This document shows, one piece after another, positions 1 through 10,324 of a stretch of 64,000 nucleotides of DNA (within the stretch, counting starts at the first letter, position 1; each line of letters opens with the position of its first letter). The notes beneath the pieces were generated by a model that saw only the letters and a program-made list of their open reading frames with translations, ran no database searches and had not been told where the DNA came from. Source of the stretch: Nitrosopumilus sp. (GTDB taxonomy: Archaea > Thermoproteota > Nitrososphaeria > Nitrososphaerales > Nitrosopumilaceae); NCBI GenBank assembly GCA_965218785.1, contig OZ244650.1:576001-640000 (forward strand). The letters are read 5' to 3'. The translations under genes and the position numbers were made by a program.

Positions 1-4
1 AAAC

Positions 5-601
5 ATGGTCATCGACTGCATCTCCCTTGCAATTGATTCCTATCTTACTGGGAAAAACACAAAAGACGAGGTTTTGCGTATTTCTGACTCGATACGTTTG
101 AAATATTTTGAAGTTGAAGATTTGACATTTGACATGCTTTTGAAATACCAGCCTGTTGCAGATGATTTTCGATTAATCCGCTCATCGACTGAAATCTCTT
201 ATGCATTTTCAAGATTTAGCCGATATGCATATGATATAACCATGGTACGGGATTTGTTTGGAGATGTTTCTGAATGTATCAATGACTCGCTTGTTGAATC
301 TACAAAAAAGGTAAAACACATGATAAAAGAGGCAGTCACGTCCTTTGCCGAGCTTGATGTGAGAAAAGCAATCAAAATACGTGAGGATGAGAAAGTAATT
401 GATAAAATCTACAAAGAACGTCTGCCAAAACTCATAGAGTCAAATAATGTCAAATGTGCCCTAGCTGAGGCATTGTTATTGAGATATCTGGAACGAATCG
501 GAGATCATGCCGTATTCATGAGCGATGCCATCAACTATATCGTTACTGGAAAACACAGACCCAGCGAGGAAAGAATCGCTTCTCACACAAAGTATGACTA
601 A
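5..601 (+). CDS. phoU: PhoU-family phosphate uptake regulator (may be 5'-truncated by the window edge)
   Basis: Two helical repeats with PhoU motifs (YQPVADDFR, LERIGDHA, INYIVTG). Confidence 0.85.
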   Translation: MVIDCISLAIDSYLTGKNTKDEVLRISDSIRLKYFEVEDLTFDMLLKYQPVADDFRLIRSSTEISYAFSRFSRYAYDITMVRDLFGDVSECINDSLVESTKKVKHMIKEAVTSFAELDVRKAIKIREDEKVIDKIYKERLPKLIESNNVKCALAEALLLRYLERIGDHAVFMSDAINYIVTGKHRPSEERIASHTKYD

Positions 602-682
602 GTGCAGTCAAATTATTTGTTAACTATCAGTGCAGCCAATGTCTTGGTTTTTATTCTGGCAAAAATCTGCTGAAATATTCAG

Positions 683-1768
683 ATGGATATTTTACAATTA
701 ATTCAGGCCAATCTCCTGACCCCGATAGTTCTGTTCTTTTTATTTGGGATCATTGCCGCTCGAATAAAATCTGATTTGAAAATCCCTGAAGCAATTTCAG
801 AATTCCTGCCAATCTATCTTCTTGCAGCAATCGGACTTCATGGAGGAGTAGAGATGAGAAATACAGGATTTGAAAAGATGCTGATTCCGATGCTAGTTGC
901 AATCGGACTATCCCTCCTGTTTACCCTGAATCATTATCAGATTATACGCCGACTTGGAAAATTCAATCTCTTTGACTCTTATGCACTGGCCTCAACATAC
1001 GGTGCAGTAGGGGCCGTTACGTTTTCTGTCGGACTGTCTTTTCTTAAAAATCAGGGGGTCTCATCAGAGGGCTATCTTGCAGCCATTCTTGCTGTACTGG
1101 AACCCGTCGCATTTATTCTGGCAATATTTTTGACAAACATGGCAGTATCCAAGCAACTACGTGCAAAAAAACAGTCATTCTCCAAGGATGATGTCTCTGA
1201 TATCGATGCGGGACTGCAAGAAAGCAAAACAAAACTTTCCCAGGTGCTGCACGAGTCAATTACTGGCAAAGCAATAGTTATCCTGCTTGGAAGCCTAGTT
1301 ATCGGTTATATTATCGGCGATGAGGGTTTTGATTCCATCAGAATAGTCTTCGATGAGATATTTGTTGGAGCCATCGTTATTTTCATGATTGAGATGGGAA
1401 TTATCGCCGGTCAGAGACTAGATGACATCAAAAAAGTCGGCGTTTTTCTCATTGCCTTTGCCATAATCATGCCTACATTTAATGGGATAATCGGGGTCTT
1501 GGTAGCGACTGTAATGGGACTGAGTCTTGGCGGTGCGGTGATGTTTGGATTGCTCTTGGCTAGCGCGTCTTTTATTGCAGCTCCTGCCATACTGCGTCAT
1601 GCAATTCCTGAAGCCAAACCAAGTCTTTACATTACATCCGCATTGGGAATCACATTTCCCTACAACATTATCGTATTACTGCCGATCCTCTTTGCCATCT
1701 CGTCAATCGTGCACAATCCCGAAGGATCGATAGACTTATTCCATTATATATCGGAGAACTGGACATGA
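683..1768 (+). CDS. sbtA: SbtA-type sodium-dependent bicarbonate transporter (DUF897)
   Basis: Polytopic membrane protein with KSDLKIP, IYLLAAIGLHGG, YGAVGAVTF, ASASFIAAPA, LGITFPYN; followed by a PII-like gene. Confidence 0.88.
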   Translation: MDILQLIQANLLTPIVLFFLFGIIAARIKSDLKIPEAISEFLPIYLLAAIGLHGGVEMRNTGFEKMLIPMLVAIGLSLLFTLNHYQIIRRLGKFNLFDSYALASTYGAVGAVTFSVGLSFLKNQGVSSEGYLAAILAVLEPVAFILAIFLTNMAVSKQLRAKKQSFSKDDVSDIDAGLQESKTKLSQVLHESITGKAIVILLGSLVIGYIIGDEGFDSIRIVFDEIFVGAIVIFMIEMGIIAGQRLDDIKKVGVFLIAFAIIMPTFNGIIGVLVATVMGLSLGGAVMFGLLLASASFIAAPAILRHAIPEAKPSLYITSALGITFPYNIIVLLPILFAISSIVHNPEGSIDLFHYISENWT

Positions 1769-2067
1769 GACTTTACGACGTGAAACTTCTTACCATTACC
1801 TGTGAAATACTTGCCCAAAAAAATATTATTGAAATTTTAAAAAAGCATGAAATCACCGGATACACTACTTGGGAGGTGGAGGGAAACGGCGCACGTGGCC
1901 TGCGCGGGCAAGGATTAAAAAATGAGAAAAACGTCAAAGTCGAGGTAATTATGAGGGAAGAAAAATTATCCGATGTCATCGAGGAGATCTCAAGAACAAT
2001 GTTTGCTAATTTTGCCATAGTGCTTTACGTCAGCGATGTCGGCGTAGTACGCACTGAGAAATTCTAG
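1765..2067 (+). CDS. sbtB: PII-like regulator SbtB
   Basis: GYT..EVEGNGARG, NVKVEVI and VVRTEKF motifs; ATGA overlap with sbtA. Confidence 0.85.
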   Translation: MRLYDVKLLTITCEILAQKNIIEILKKHEITGYTTWEVEGNGARGLRGQGLKNEKNVKVEVIMREEKLSDVIEEISRTMFANFAIVLYVSDVGVVRTEKF

Positions 2068-2363
2068 CAGCACATATCATCTGAGCACAAAACCGGAATT
2101 TTCTTGCTTGCCTTTGTGACATTTTGTATTAGTTCAGATAACTGGCTGTTTGAAATTGCATACATTGCCTTTTTCCCCTCATCTCTTGACTTGACAATCC
2201 CGCAGCTCTTCAATGTTTTTAGATGATGTGAAACTAGCGGCTGGTCTTTTTTCAACTTTCCGACAAAATCATTAACACATAATTCCTTGTTTTTTTGCAA
2301 CAGCTCCAAAATCTCAAATCTGGTCTCATTACAGATGCATTTTAAGAGACTGACTCCATTCAT
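2064..2363 (-). CDS. arsR: ArsR/SmtB-family transcriptional repressor
   Basis: HTH with ELCVND and QPLVSHHLKTL; C-terminal vicinal CC; divergent from the arsC remnant and aquaporin. Confidence 0.85.
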   Translation of the reverse strand: MNGVSLLKCICNETRFEILELLQKNKELCVNDFVGKLKKDQPLVSHHLKTLKSCGIVKSRDEGKKAMYAISNSQLSELIQNVTKASKKIPVLCSDDMCC

Positions 2364-2404
2364 ATCAATTTAAATTTATATAAACTAATATTTATATTAT
2401 TATC

Positions 2405-2809
2405 ATGACTGATATCCAAAACATGCCGTTTGCCTGCGTAGAAGATGCAGGATGCTCCCAGATGGCAGGGGCATTTTTTAAAAAATGTACTGCTGCAAAA
2501 TTCGGTGTCTGGTGCCTGAACACCTACGTCATCTGGATCAAATCCCATGTCTGTCAGTCATGCGGGAGATTGGAATTGAATTGGACAAACAACGACCAAT
2601 TCCAGTCTGACCGAATTACTGATGCCCCGTTTAAAACAGCCGGCATGGACTGCATCTGCTGGGAATATGCTCTTTGCCGCATCATGTCAAAGACGTATCT
2701 GACTGGAACATCTCTGATCAAAAAGAGAAATCAATTTACAAAGTACGAAAAATCCGTGATCAGCTCAAAACCGGTGATGAATCTCATTTCATCACCTGAG
2801 GTAAAGTAA
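2405..2809 (+). pseudogene. arsC: Decayed LMWP-family arsenate reductase
   Basis: FACVEDAGCSQMA (canonical FVCVENAGRSQMA); other frames give MREIGIELDKQRP and VKDVSDWNISD..KVRKIRDQLK, so several frameshifts. Confidence 0.8.
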
Positions 2810-3489
2810 TGGCCTACTCGAATCTGCAAATTTTTGCCGTAGAGCTGGTTGGAACCTTTATTCTTGTAGTCTCTGCCACAGGTTCGATTGTTTATGATGC
2901 CGAGGTATTTGATGGAAAACTGGGAACACCGTTTGCAGCTCTTGCCCCGTTTCTTGCACTAGTTGTCGGGGTGTATTTATTTGGGAAAATCTCTTTGGCT
3001 CATTTTAATCCTGCCGTAACTGTGGGTTACTACATCACAGGACACATTACAAAGATTCAAGCCGTGTATTATTTTGCAGCGGAACTTATCGGTGCGTTAT
3101 CTGGCTCGCTTTTTGTCCTAAGCTTTGTCGGGGAAAAGGCGGACCTTGGGACAAATGCACCGAATCATGATTTTTCATTATTTCTGATATTTCCAGTAGA
3201 GGTACTAGCTTCTGCAATGCTTATGGGCGTTATTTTTTACGTCGTTTATACCAGGGGTCTGAAAGGATTCAGCGGTGTTGCAATCGGTGGAATTGTCGGA
3301 CTGGATATTTTATTTTTTGCATTTATCTCGGGGGCATCAATGAATCCTGCCCGGGCACTTGCACCTGCCCTGTTTTCTGGAGTACTAGATGATCTGTGGC
3401 TGTACTGGACTGCTCCTTTTGTGGGAACGATCATTGCAGGATTTTTGTTTCAGAAAAAATTTCAGCGGCAAAGAAAGGCAAAATTATAG
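2809..3489 (+). CDS. MIP-family aquaporin/aquaglyceroporin
   Basis: Two NPA motifs (HFNPAVT, SMNPARA); six hydrophobic segments. Confidence 0.95.
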   Translation: MAYSNLQIFAVELVGTFILVVSATGSIVYDAEVFDGKLGTPFAALAPFLALVVGVYLFGKISLAHFNPAVTVGYYITGHITKIQAVYYFAAELIGALSGSLFVLSFVGEKADLGTNAPNHDFSLFLIFPVEVLASAMLMGVIFYVVYTRGLKGFSGVAIGGIVGLDILFFAFISGASMNPARALAPALFSGVLDDLWLYWTAPFVGTIIAGFLFQKKFQRQRKAKL

Positions 3490-3675
3490 GCCGGTTCTGC
3501 CAAGCAGCATTCTTGCCAAACGGCTCATCAAATGCGATGATAAAGAATGTCTGCTGCCTGGCACCTAATCGTTGATATAACACACAAGCCGATTACTAGT
3601 CGCCATTTCCAGATTTATGCCCGAAAAAACCCTATAATCTGGTCTTTTACGAATAATAATGACCTAGTTTAGACT

Positions 3676-4956
3676 ATGATATTGACAAATTCCCGGCTGT
3701 ACTTGGATGCAAGAAAGGTGATTCCATCAGGTGTAAACAGTCCTGTTAGATACTTTGAGCCATACCCGTTCTTTACAAAAAGATCCAAAGGGGCATACAT
3801 TTGGGATGTAGAGAAGAACCGCTACATCGATTACTGCAACGGCTATGGCGCACTGCTTTTGGGACATGGCAGAAGGGAGATAATCAGTGCCGTATCAAAA
3901 CAACTCTCAAGGGGAACCCTTTACTGTACCCCGACTGAATCAGAAACAGAATTATCAAAATTAATCATTGGAAATTTTCCTTCTATTGACAAGGTACGAC
4001 TGGTAAATACCGGCGGCGAGGCTACAATGACTGCGATTAGACTGGCACGCGGCTATACAAAAAAGAGCAAGATTATAAAATTTGATGGATGCTACCATGG
4101 CGCACATGATTCCGTACTTGTAAAGGCAGGTTCTGGCGCTGCACACGGTGGGATATCCGTTTCTGATGGCGGACTCGATGAGGTTTCAAAAAACACCCTG
4201 GTTGTTCAGTACAACAACATTGAAGATTTGGAAAAAACAATAAAGAAAAACAAGGACATTGCCGGAGTTATAGTGGAACCGGTTCCTGCCAACATGGGAT
4301 TAATCCTACCTGAAAAGAACTTTCTCTCTGATTTGAGAAAAATTACTAGACAAAATAACATCCCGTTGATTTTTGATGAGGTAGTTACCGGATTTAGGGT
4401 GGCCCCCGGCGGTGCACAAGAACATTTTGGAATACGGCCTGACATTACTACCATAGCCAAGGCGCTAAGCAACGGGTTTACAATAGCCGCAGTCGGAGGA
4501 AGAAAAGAGATCATGGATCTGCTGTCTCCTGGAGGAAGGGTCTATCAGGCAAGCACCTTTGCCGGAAATCCGATATCCGTCTGTGCTGCAATTAGTTCAA
4601 TTAAGACGATTAATAAAATCAAGAATCGACTTTATCCCAAACTTGAAAGATTCAATCAGTTATTTACTGCGGCTCTGGATGACATGGCAGCAGACATGGG
4701 AATTCCGCATCAAATCAATTTCACAGCCTCAATGTTCCAGATTTTCTTTACAAACAAACCCGTCACCGATTACGCCACATCAAAAAACGCAAATGCAAAG
4801 AAATTTCAAAAAATGTTCCAGACCCTGCTGAAAAAAGGGATATTCATTGCACCATCACAATTCGAGGTTGTTTTTCTCTCTGATGCACATACTCAAACTG
4901 ATCTAAACAGAACCCTTGATGCCTATCATGCCGCATTAAAATCGGTGAAAAATTGA
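3676..4956 (+). CDS. hemL: Glutamate-1-semialdehyde 2,1-aminomutase
   Basis: GVNSPVR, GCYHGAHD, FDEVVTGFR motifs. Confidence 0.96.
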   Translation: MILTNSRLYLDARKVIPSGVNSPVRYFEPYPFFTKRSKGAYIWDVEKNRYIDYCNGYGALLLGHGRREIISAVSKQLSRGTLYCTPTESETELSKLIIGNFPSIDKVRLVNTGGEATMTAIRLARGYTKKSKIIKFDGCYHGAHDSVLVKAGSGAAHGGISVSDGGLDEVSKNTLVVQYNNIEDLEKTIKKNKDIAGVIVEPVPANMGLILPEKNFLSDLRKITRQNNIPLIFDEVVTGFRVAPGGAQEHFGIRPDITTIAKALSNGFTIAAVGGRKEIMDLLSPGGRVYQASTFAGNPISVCAAISSIKTINKIKNRLYPKLERFNQLFTAALDDMAADMGIPHQINFTASMFQIFFTNKPVTDYATSKNANAKKFQKMFQTLLKKGIFIAPSQFEVVFLSDAHTQTDLNRTLDAYHAALKSVKN

Positions 4957-5888
4957 AGTGTATAGTTGGTGCCAGGGGAAGTCGGCTGTCTGTCGCACAG
5001 ACAAATCTGGTCATCTTTGAGCTAAAAAAAGCAAACCCTGATTTCGAATATGAGATTAAAACCATTACAACAAAGGGGGACACCGACAGCAGACCGTTAT
5101 TTACGATAGATCAGAAAGGAATTTTTGAAAAGGAGATTGATAGGGCAGTTGCACAAAAAGAGATTGATTTTGCCGTTCACAGCCTCAAGGATGTACCATC
5201 CCAACTAGATGACGATCTTGTTTTGGCCTGTATTCCAAAACGCGGGGCAGTCAATGATGTCTTTATTTCCTCAGACGGTGCGACGCTAGAGACGATCAAG
5301 CCAGGCGCAGTCATTGGAACAAGCTCGCTTCGTCGTGCAGTACAACTGACTCGAAAAAGATCCGATGTTACAGTAAGGCCAATACGGGGCAACATTGAAA
5401 CTAGAATTAAAAAAGCATCCGGAGAAGAGTATGATGCAGTAGTACTTGCCCAGGCAGGAATCTCCAGACTGGGAGTTGATGTAGATTTTTCCCCACTACC
5501 AGTTGATGATTTTCTGCCATCTCCAGGTCAGGGGGCAATTGCAATCGTTGCAAGAGCAGATAATACCCGGATAACTACCATGCTAAAAAAAATCGAGGAT
5601 GCTGATTCCAGGCTGGAAATTGAGGCAGAACGTGCCCTGTCTGACTCTGTTGATTCCGGATGCAGATTTCCAGTAGGCGCATATGCAAAATCAAGCGGCC
5701 ATGAGATGACTTTGTCAGTAGTGGCATTTTCTGTAGACGGGAAAAAATCCCTACATGTACGCAAGACAGGATACAAAAACGATCCCAAATCCCTTGGTAA
5801 AAGTGCTGGAGAAGAACTGTGTGAAAAAGGCATAAGTGATCTTGCATTAAATTGGAGGGAAAAAACAGAGGAGTGGAATAGTACATGA
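4953..5888 (+). CDS. hemC: Hydroxymethylbilane synthase
   Basis: AVHSLKD, GTSSLRR, IRGNIETR motifs. Confidence 0.97.
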   Translation: MKCIVGARGSRLSVAQTNLVIFELKKANPDFEYEIKTITTKGDTDSRPLFTIDQKGIFEKEIDRAVAQKEIDFAVHSLKDVPSQLDDDLVLACIPKRGAVNDVFISSDGATLETIKPGAVIGTSSLRRAVQLTRKRSDVTVRPIRGNIETRIKKASGEEYDAVVLAQAGISRLGVDVDFSPLPVDDFLPSPGQGAIAIVARADNTRITTMLKKIEDADSRLEIEAERALSDSVDSGCRFPVGAYAKSSGHEMTLSVVAFSVDGKKSLHVRKTGYKNDPKSLGKSAGEELCEKGISDLALNWREKTEEWNST

Positions 5889-6625
5889 CAGGAAAAGTGT
5901 ATCTTGTTGGAGCAGGACCGGGAGACAGTAAATTAATCACGTTACGAGCAGTCGAACTGCTCCAAAAAGCCGACATAGTGCTGTATGACAGACTGGTAAG
6001 TAAGAAAATTATTTCAATGATTCCAAAATCCGCAAAAAAAATCTATGTTGGAAGGGCAGTCGGAGATGACACTTTTCATCAAAATACCACCAATGATCTG
6101 ATGGTAAGTTACGCAAAATCCCAGAAAAACATAGTTCGACTAAAGGGCGGTGATCCAATCATCTTTGGACGTGGCGGCGAGGAGGCAGAATTTCTCAAGG
6201 AGCACAAAATAAAATATGAAATCGTTCCGGGAATAACATCCGGAATCGGTTCGGCAACCTATGCGGGAATCCCTCTTACCCACAGAAGATACGCATCATC
6301 GGTAGTCTTTGTTACAGGACATGAAGATCCTGAAAAGAAAGGCGAGACTGTAAAATGGAAGAGACTGGCAAAATCCGTAGACACCATTGTGATAATGATG
6401 GGACTATCAAGAATTGATGTTATATGCAGGCAGCTCATATCTGGCGGGATGGACAAAAACATGCCCGTGGCAGTAATTCAAAATGGAACTACTCCCAGAC
6501 AAAAAATGATCAAGGGGACAGTTACAAACATTGCAAAAAAAATCAAGGCAAATAAAATCACTCCTCCCACAAACATCATAATCGGCAGGGTCGTTGACCT
6601 CTCAGATACAATCGGGTGGAAATAA
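5885..6625 (+). CDS. cobA: Uroporphyrinogen-III C-methyltransferase
   Basis: LVGAGPGD, RLKGGDPIIFGRGGEE motifs. Confidence 0.96.
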   Translation: MTGKVYLVGAGPGDSKLITLRAVELLQKADIVLYDRLVSKKIISMIPKSAKKIYVGRAVGDDTFHQNTTNDLMVSYAKSQKNIVRLKGGDPIIFGRGGEEAEFLKEHKIKYEIVPGITSGIGSATYAGIPLTHRRYASSVVFVTGHEDPEKKGETVKWKRLAKSVDTIVIMMGLSRIDVICRQLISGGMDKNMPVAVIQNGTTPRQKMIKGTVTNIAKKIKANKITPPTNIIIGRVVDLSDTIGWK

Positions 6626-7428
6626 TGCTTGAAGGAAAGACTATAGCAATCACTCGCTCAAAGGATGATGCATCTGAATTTATCGAACTTGCCAGAAAAA
6701 ACGGGGCGATACCTGTGCCGCTGCCTACAATTGAGCTTGTAAGTAAGGGCGAAAAAATTGTTGATGAATTTCTAGAATCAATACGGCAGTACAATCCTGA
6801 TTACTCTGTATTTATGAGCTCAAAAGCAGTCAAGCTGCTCTTTGATACTGCAAAACAAGTAGACAGATTCAAGAACCTGCAACTGGCAGTTGCAAATACT
6901 GTTGTAATGTCTGTTGGACCAAAGACTACTGCCGCCCTTGAATCTGAAGGAATCAAAGTAAATCACCAGCCTGCTACCTTTTCATCCGTAGGTATTGGCG
7001 AGGAATTCACAAAAATTCACGCTGTTGGGAAAAAAGTAATTGTTCCACGCAGCGGGGCATCAACTCCGTTTCTCAAGGATCTTCTCAACAAGATTGGAAT
7101 TGACGTGCTGGAAATTCACCTGTATGATGTTTGTTCCTTTAGGGATACGACACAATGGAACGGATTTCGGGAATTATTCTCACAAGGCAGGATCGACGGC
7201 GTCGTGTTTACCAGCGCGTCTTCTGTTCGTGGATTCTTTGATATAATGAGAAAAGACTTTGATGATAAAGTACTGTTTGCCAGTCTTGAAAAACTCTCTA
7301 TAGTTTCCATTGGCCCGTTCACTGCAGCCGAATTAAAAAAATTCAACATCAAAAATACTGTTGCACAAGTTCATACTGTTGCAGGTGCATACAATATCAT
7401 GAAAAACACCCTGGGAGCCGATTCTTAG
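6625..7428 (+). CDS. hemD: Uroporphyrinogen-III synthase
   Basis: IAITRS, VGPKT, FTSASSV, SIGPFTA; TAATG overlap with cobA. Confidence 0.92.
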   Translation: MLEGKTIAITRSKDDASEFIELARKNGAIPVPLPTIELVSKGEKIVDEFLESIRQYNPDYSVFMSSKAVKLLFDTAKQVDRFKNLQLAVANTVVMSVGPKTTAALESEGIKVNHQPATFSSVGIGEEFTKIHAVGKKVIVPRSGASTPFLKDLLNKIGIDVLEIHLYDVCSFRDTTQWNGFRELFSQGRIDGVVFTSASSVRGFFDIMRKDFDDKVLFASLEKLSIVSIGPFTAAELKKFNIKNTVAQVHTVAGAYNIMKNTLGADS

Positions 7429-7473
7429 CTCTACCTATTTAGCTATACCTATTTTTCCTCATGTATTTATAAT
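7425..7473 (+). promoter_or_regulatory. sufB promoter: two tandem TTAGCTnnnCCTAT boxes plus a TATA box
   Basis: TTAGCTCTACCTAT (7425-7438), TTAGCTATACCTAT (7439-7452), TTTATAAT at 7466, 28 nt before the ATG at 7494. Confidence 0.6.
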
Positions 7474-7493
7474 ATAACGGGGTTATTTTGAGC

Positions 7494-8894
7494 ATGGCAA
7501 CTGAAAATCTTGACATGGATTATTCAAAATATGATTTTAAAGACTCTACGGAAATGTACGTTCACCTTAGCAAGAAAGGCCTGACTAAGGAGACTGTAAT
7601 TGGCATCAGCAAAATGAAGGACGAACCACAATGGATGCTTGATTTTAGATTACGTTCCTATGATATTTTCATGCAAAAGCCAATGCCCACCTGGGGTGGG
7701 AATCTTGGTGTAATAGATTTCCAGAATATCTACTATTATGCAAAGGCATCTGAAAAGACAGAAAAAAGCTGGGATGATGTTCCAGAGAATGTCAAAAACA
7801 CTTTTGATAAACTTGGAATTCCAGAGGCAGAAAAGAAATTCCTGGCAGGTGTTGGGGCACAATACGAATCTGAAGTCGTATATCACAATTTGAGGGAGGA
7901 CTTGAAAAAACAAGGCGTCTTGTTTTTAGATACTGATTCGGCCCTCAAGGAACAGCCAGAAATCTTCAGGAAATACTTTGGCAAAATTATTCCTCCAGAG
8001 GATAACAAGTTTGCGGCATTAAACAGCGCAGTATGGAGCGGTGGCTCTTTTATCTATGTCCCACCGGGTATCAAAATTGACATGCCTCTGCAAGCATACT
8101 TTAGAATTAATGCAGAAAATATCGGTCAGTTTGAAAGAACGTTGATCATTGTAGATGAAGGCGCAGAAGTGCATTACATTGAAGGATGCACTGCCCCTGT
8201 TTATTCTTCAGAATCACTTCATTCTGCCGTTGTAGAGTTGATTGCACACAAGGATGCAAAATTAAGATACACGACCATCCAAAACTGGAGTAACGATGTT
8301 TACAATCTTGTAACAAAGCGTGCATATGCGTATGAAGGTGCGACAGTAGAGTGGATTGATGGAAACATTGGAAGCAAGCTGACCATGAAGTATCCTGGCG
8401 TATATCTGATGGGTGAGAGGGCATACGGTGAAACATTATCCATTGCCTTTGCCGGTAAAGGACAGCACCAAGATACTGGCGCAAAAATGGTTCATCTTGC
8501 ACCAAACACCACATCAAAGGTTACTTCAAAGTCAGTTAGCAGACTAGATGGTCGTTCTACTTACAGGGGGTTACTCCATGTGGCAAAAGGCGCCACAAAC
8601 GTAAAATCCACTGTAAGATGTGATGCACTACTACTAGATGATACCTCAAAGACTGATACCTATCCATACATGGAAATCAACCAGGAAGATGCAACAATCA
8701 CTCATGAAGCAACTGTTGGCAAGATCGGCGATGAACAAATCTTTTATCTTATGAGCAGGGGATTTAACGAAGAAGAGGCACTATCTCTAATCGTAAATGG
8801 TTTCATGGAACCATTCACAAAAGAACTGCCCATGGAATATGCTGTTGAATTAAACAGACTCATCAAACTAGAGATGGATGACTCGGTGGGATAA
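7494..8894 (+). CDS. sufB: Fe-S cluster assembly protein SufB
   Basis: [32 protein letters not shown] motifs. Confidence 0.97.
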   Translation: MATENLDMDYSKYDFKDSTEMYVHLSKKGLTKETVIGISKMKDEPQWMLDFRLRSYDIFMQKPMPTWGGNLGVIDFQNIYYYAKASEKTEKSWDDVPENVKNTFDKLGIPEAEKKFLAGVGAQYESEVVYHNLREDLKKQGVLFLDTDSALKEQPEIFRKYFGKIIPPEDNKFAALNSAVWSGGSFIYVPPGIKIDMPLQAYFRINAENIGQFERTLIIVDEGAEVHYIEGCTAPVYSSESLHSAVVELIAHKDAKLRYTTIQNWSNDVYNLVTKRAYAYEGATVEWIDGNIGSKLTMKYPGVYLMGERAYGETLSIAFAGKGQHQDTGAKMVHLAPNTTSKVTSKSVSRLDGRSTYRGLLHVAKGATNVKSTVRCDALLLDDTSKTDTYPYMEINQEDATITHEATVGKIGDEQIFYLMSRGFNEEEALSLIVNGFMEPFTKELPMEYAVELNRLIKLEMDDSVG

Positions 8895-8918
8895 ACTCCC
8901 AGATTCACTTGATTAATC

Positions 8919-10319
8919 ATGTCCCAAGAAACCCTGTCAAAACTTGATAAACGCCACATTGATGAGATCTCTTCGTCAAGAAACGAACCTGATTGGTTAA
9001 AGGACTATAGAACTAACTCACTGTCTGTTTATGACAGTATGCCTATTGAAACGTCTCCTCTGTATAATAAATACACTGATGCAAAAAAGATGGATCCTGA
9101 CAAAGTCTCTCTGTCTGCATCAACTGCAAGAACAATCCCAAACTTTCTCGAAAAAAGACTGGGCGAGCTAGAAAATGAAATGTGCATCATTCAAATTGGA
9201 ACCAACATACACAGAATCAACATCACCGATGAGCTAAAAACACAGGGACTTGTAATCTCCTCCATATCTGATGCGATTCAAAACAATTCTGAACTTGTAA
9301 AAAAGGCACTCAAATCCTCAAATTCAAAAGATGATAAATTTACGGCATTAAACAACGCCGCCTTTAATTCGGGCGTATTTATCCACATTCCTCGTAATCT
9401 CGCAGTTGAAAAACCGATTCACTTTTTGACGTGTCTCTCTGAGGACGGACTTTCAACGATCTCTAGAAATATAATTTTTGCCGATGAGGGCAGCAAAGCT
9501 ACGATCATACAGGAACTATATTCCCCAAATACCGATTCACAGCAGGCATATCTTGAATTACTGCATACCAATCTTGCGGCAAATGCACGATTGGATATCA
9601 CCACCTTGCAAATGATGGATCAGCATGCAGTAAACTTTTCAACAAGACGGACAGACTTGGCACAAGACGCCAAAGTAAATTGGTACTCTGGACTGTTTGG
9701 CTCTACGTTATCTAGATACAAAATTGATTATTTTCTAAACGGACCTGGTGCATCATGCAATGACTCTGAAGTGATTTTTGGAAACAACGATCAATCGTTT
9801 GATATTCAAACCAGTGTAAACCATGAAGATCGTGAAACTGAAGGAAGGGTGGTGGAAAAATCAATACTTCGAAACAAATCCAAATCCCTTTTCAAGGGAA
9901 TGATCAGAATCAAGGAAAAAGCATCAAAATCAAATTCATTTCTTTCTGGCCGTTCAATTCTTCTAGACAAGGATGCAAAATCAGATGCAATTCCGGGATT
10001 GGAGATTTTCACAAATGATGTAAAGGCTACCCACTCTGCATCTGTTGCCCAGATTGATGAGGAACAGATTTTCTACCTCAAAAGCAGGTGTCTTAGTCAT
10101 GAAGAAGCTGAGAGAACAATCGTCGAGGGCTTTTTAGAGCCGCTTTCAAGAAAAATGTCCTTTCAAGTAAGGGCATGGATTGGTTATCTTATTGAATCTA
10201 AATGGGACAATCGTGAACTAACTATCAACACTGATAAGGAATTAACAAAATTCGTTGAAGTTGAAGAGACACGTTACAACGAGGATGCGGAAATCGAACA
10301 GCATTACAAGTACAGGTAG
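8919..10319 (+). CDS. sufD: SufD-like Fe-S assembly protein
   Basis: IPGLEIFTNDVKATHSASV; follows sufB. Confidence 0.92.
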   Translation: MSQETLSKLDKRHIDEISSSRNEPDWLKDYRTNSLSVYDSMPIETSPLYNKYTDAKKMDPDKVSLSASTARTIPNFLEKRLGELENEMCIIQIGTNIHRINITDELKTQGLVISSISDAIQNNSELVKKALKSSNSKDDKFTALNNAAFNSGVFIHIPRNLAVEKPIHFLTCLSEDGLSTISRNIIFADEGSKATIIQELYSPNTDSQQAYLELLHTNLAANARLDITTLQMMDQHAVNFSTRRTDLAQDAKVNWYSGLFGSTLSRYKIDYFLNGPGASCNDSEVIFGNNDQSFDIQTSVNHEDRETEGRVVEKSILRNKSKSLFKGMIRIKEKASKSNSFLSGRSILLDKDAKSDAIPGLEIFTNDVKATHSASVAQIDEEQIFYLKSRCLSHEEAERTIVEGFLEPLSRKMSFQVRAWIGYLIESKWDNRELTINTDKELTKFVEVEETRYNEDAEIEQHYKYR

Positions 10320-10324
10320 TTTTT

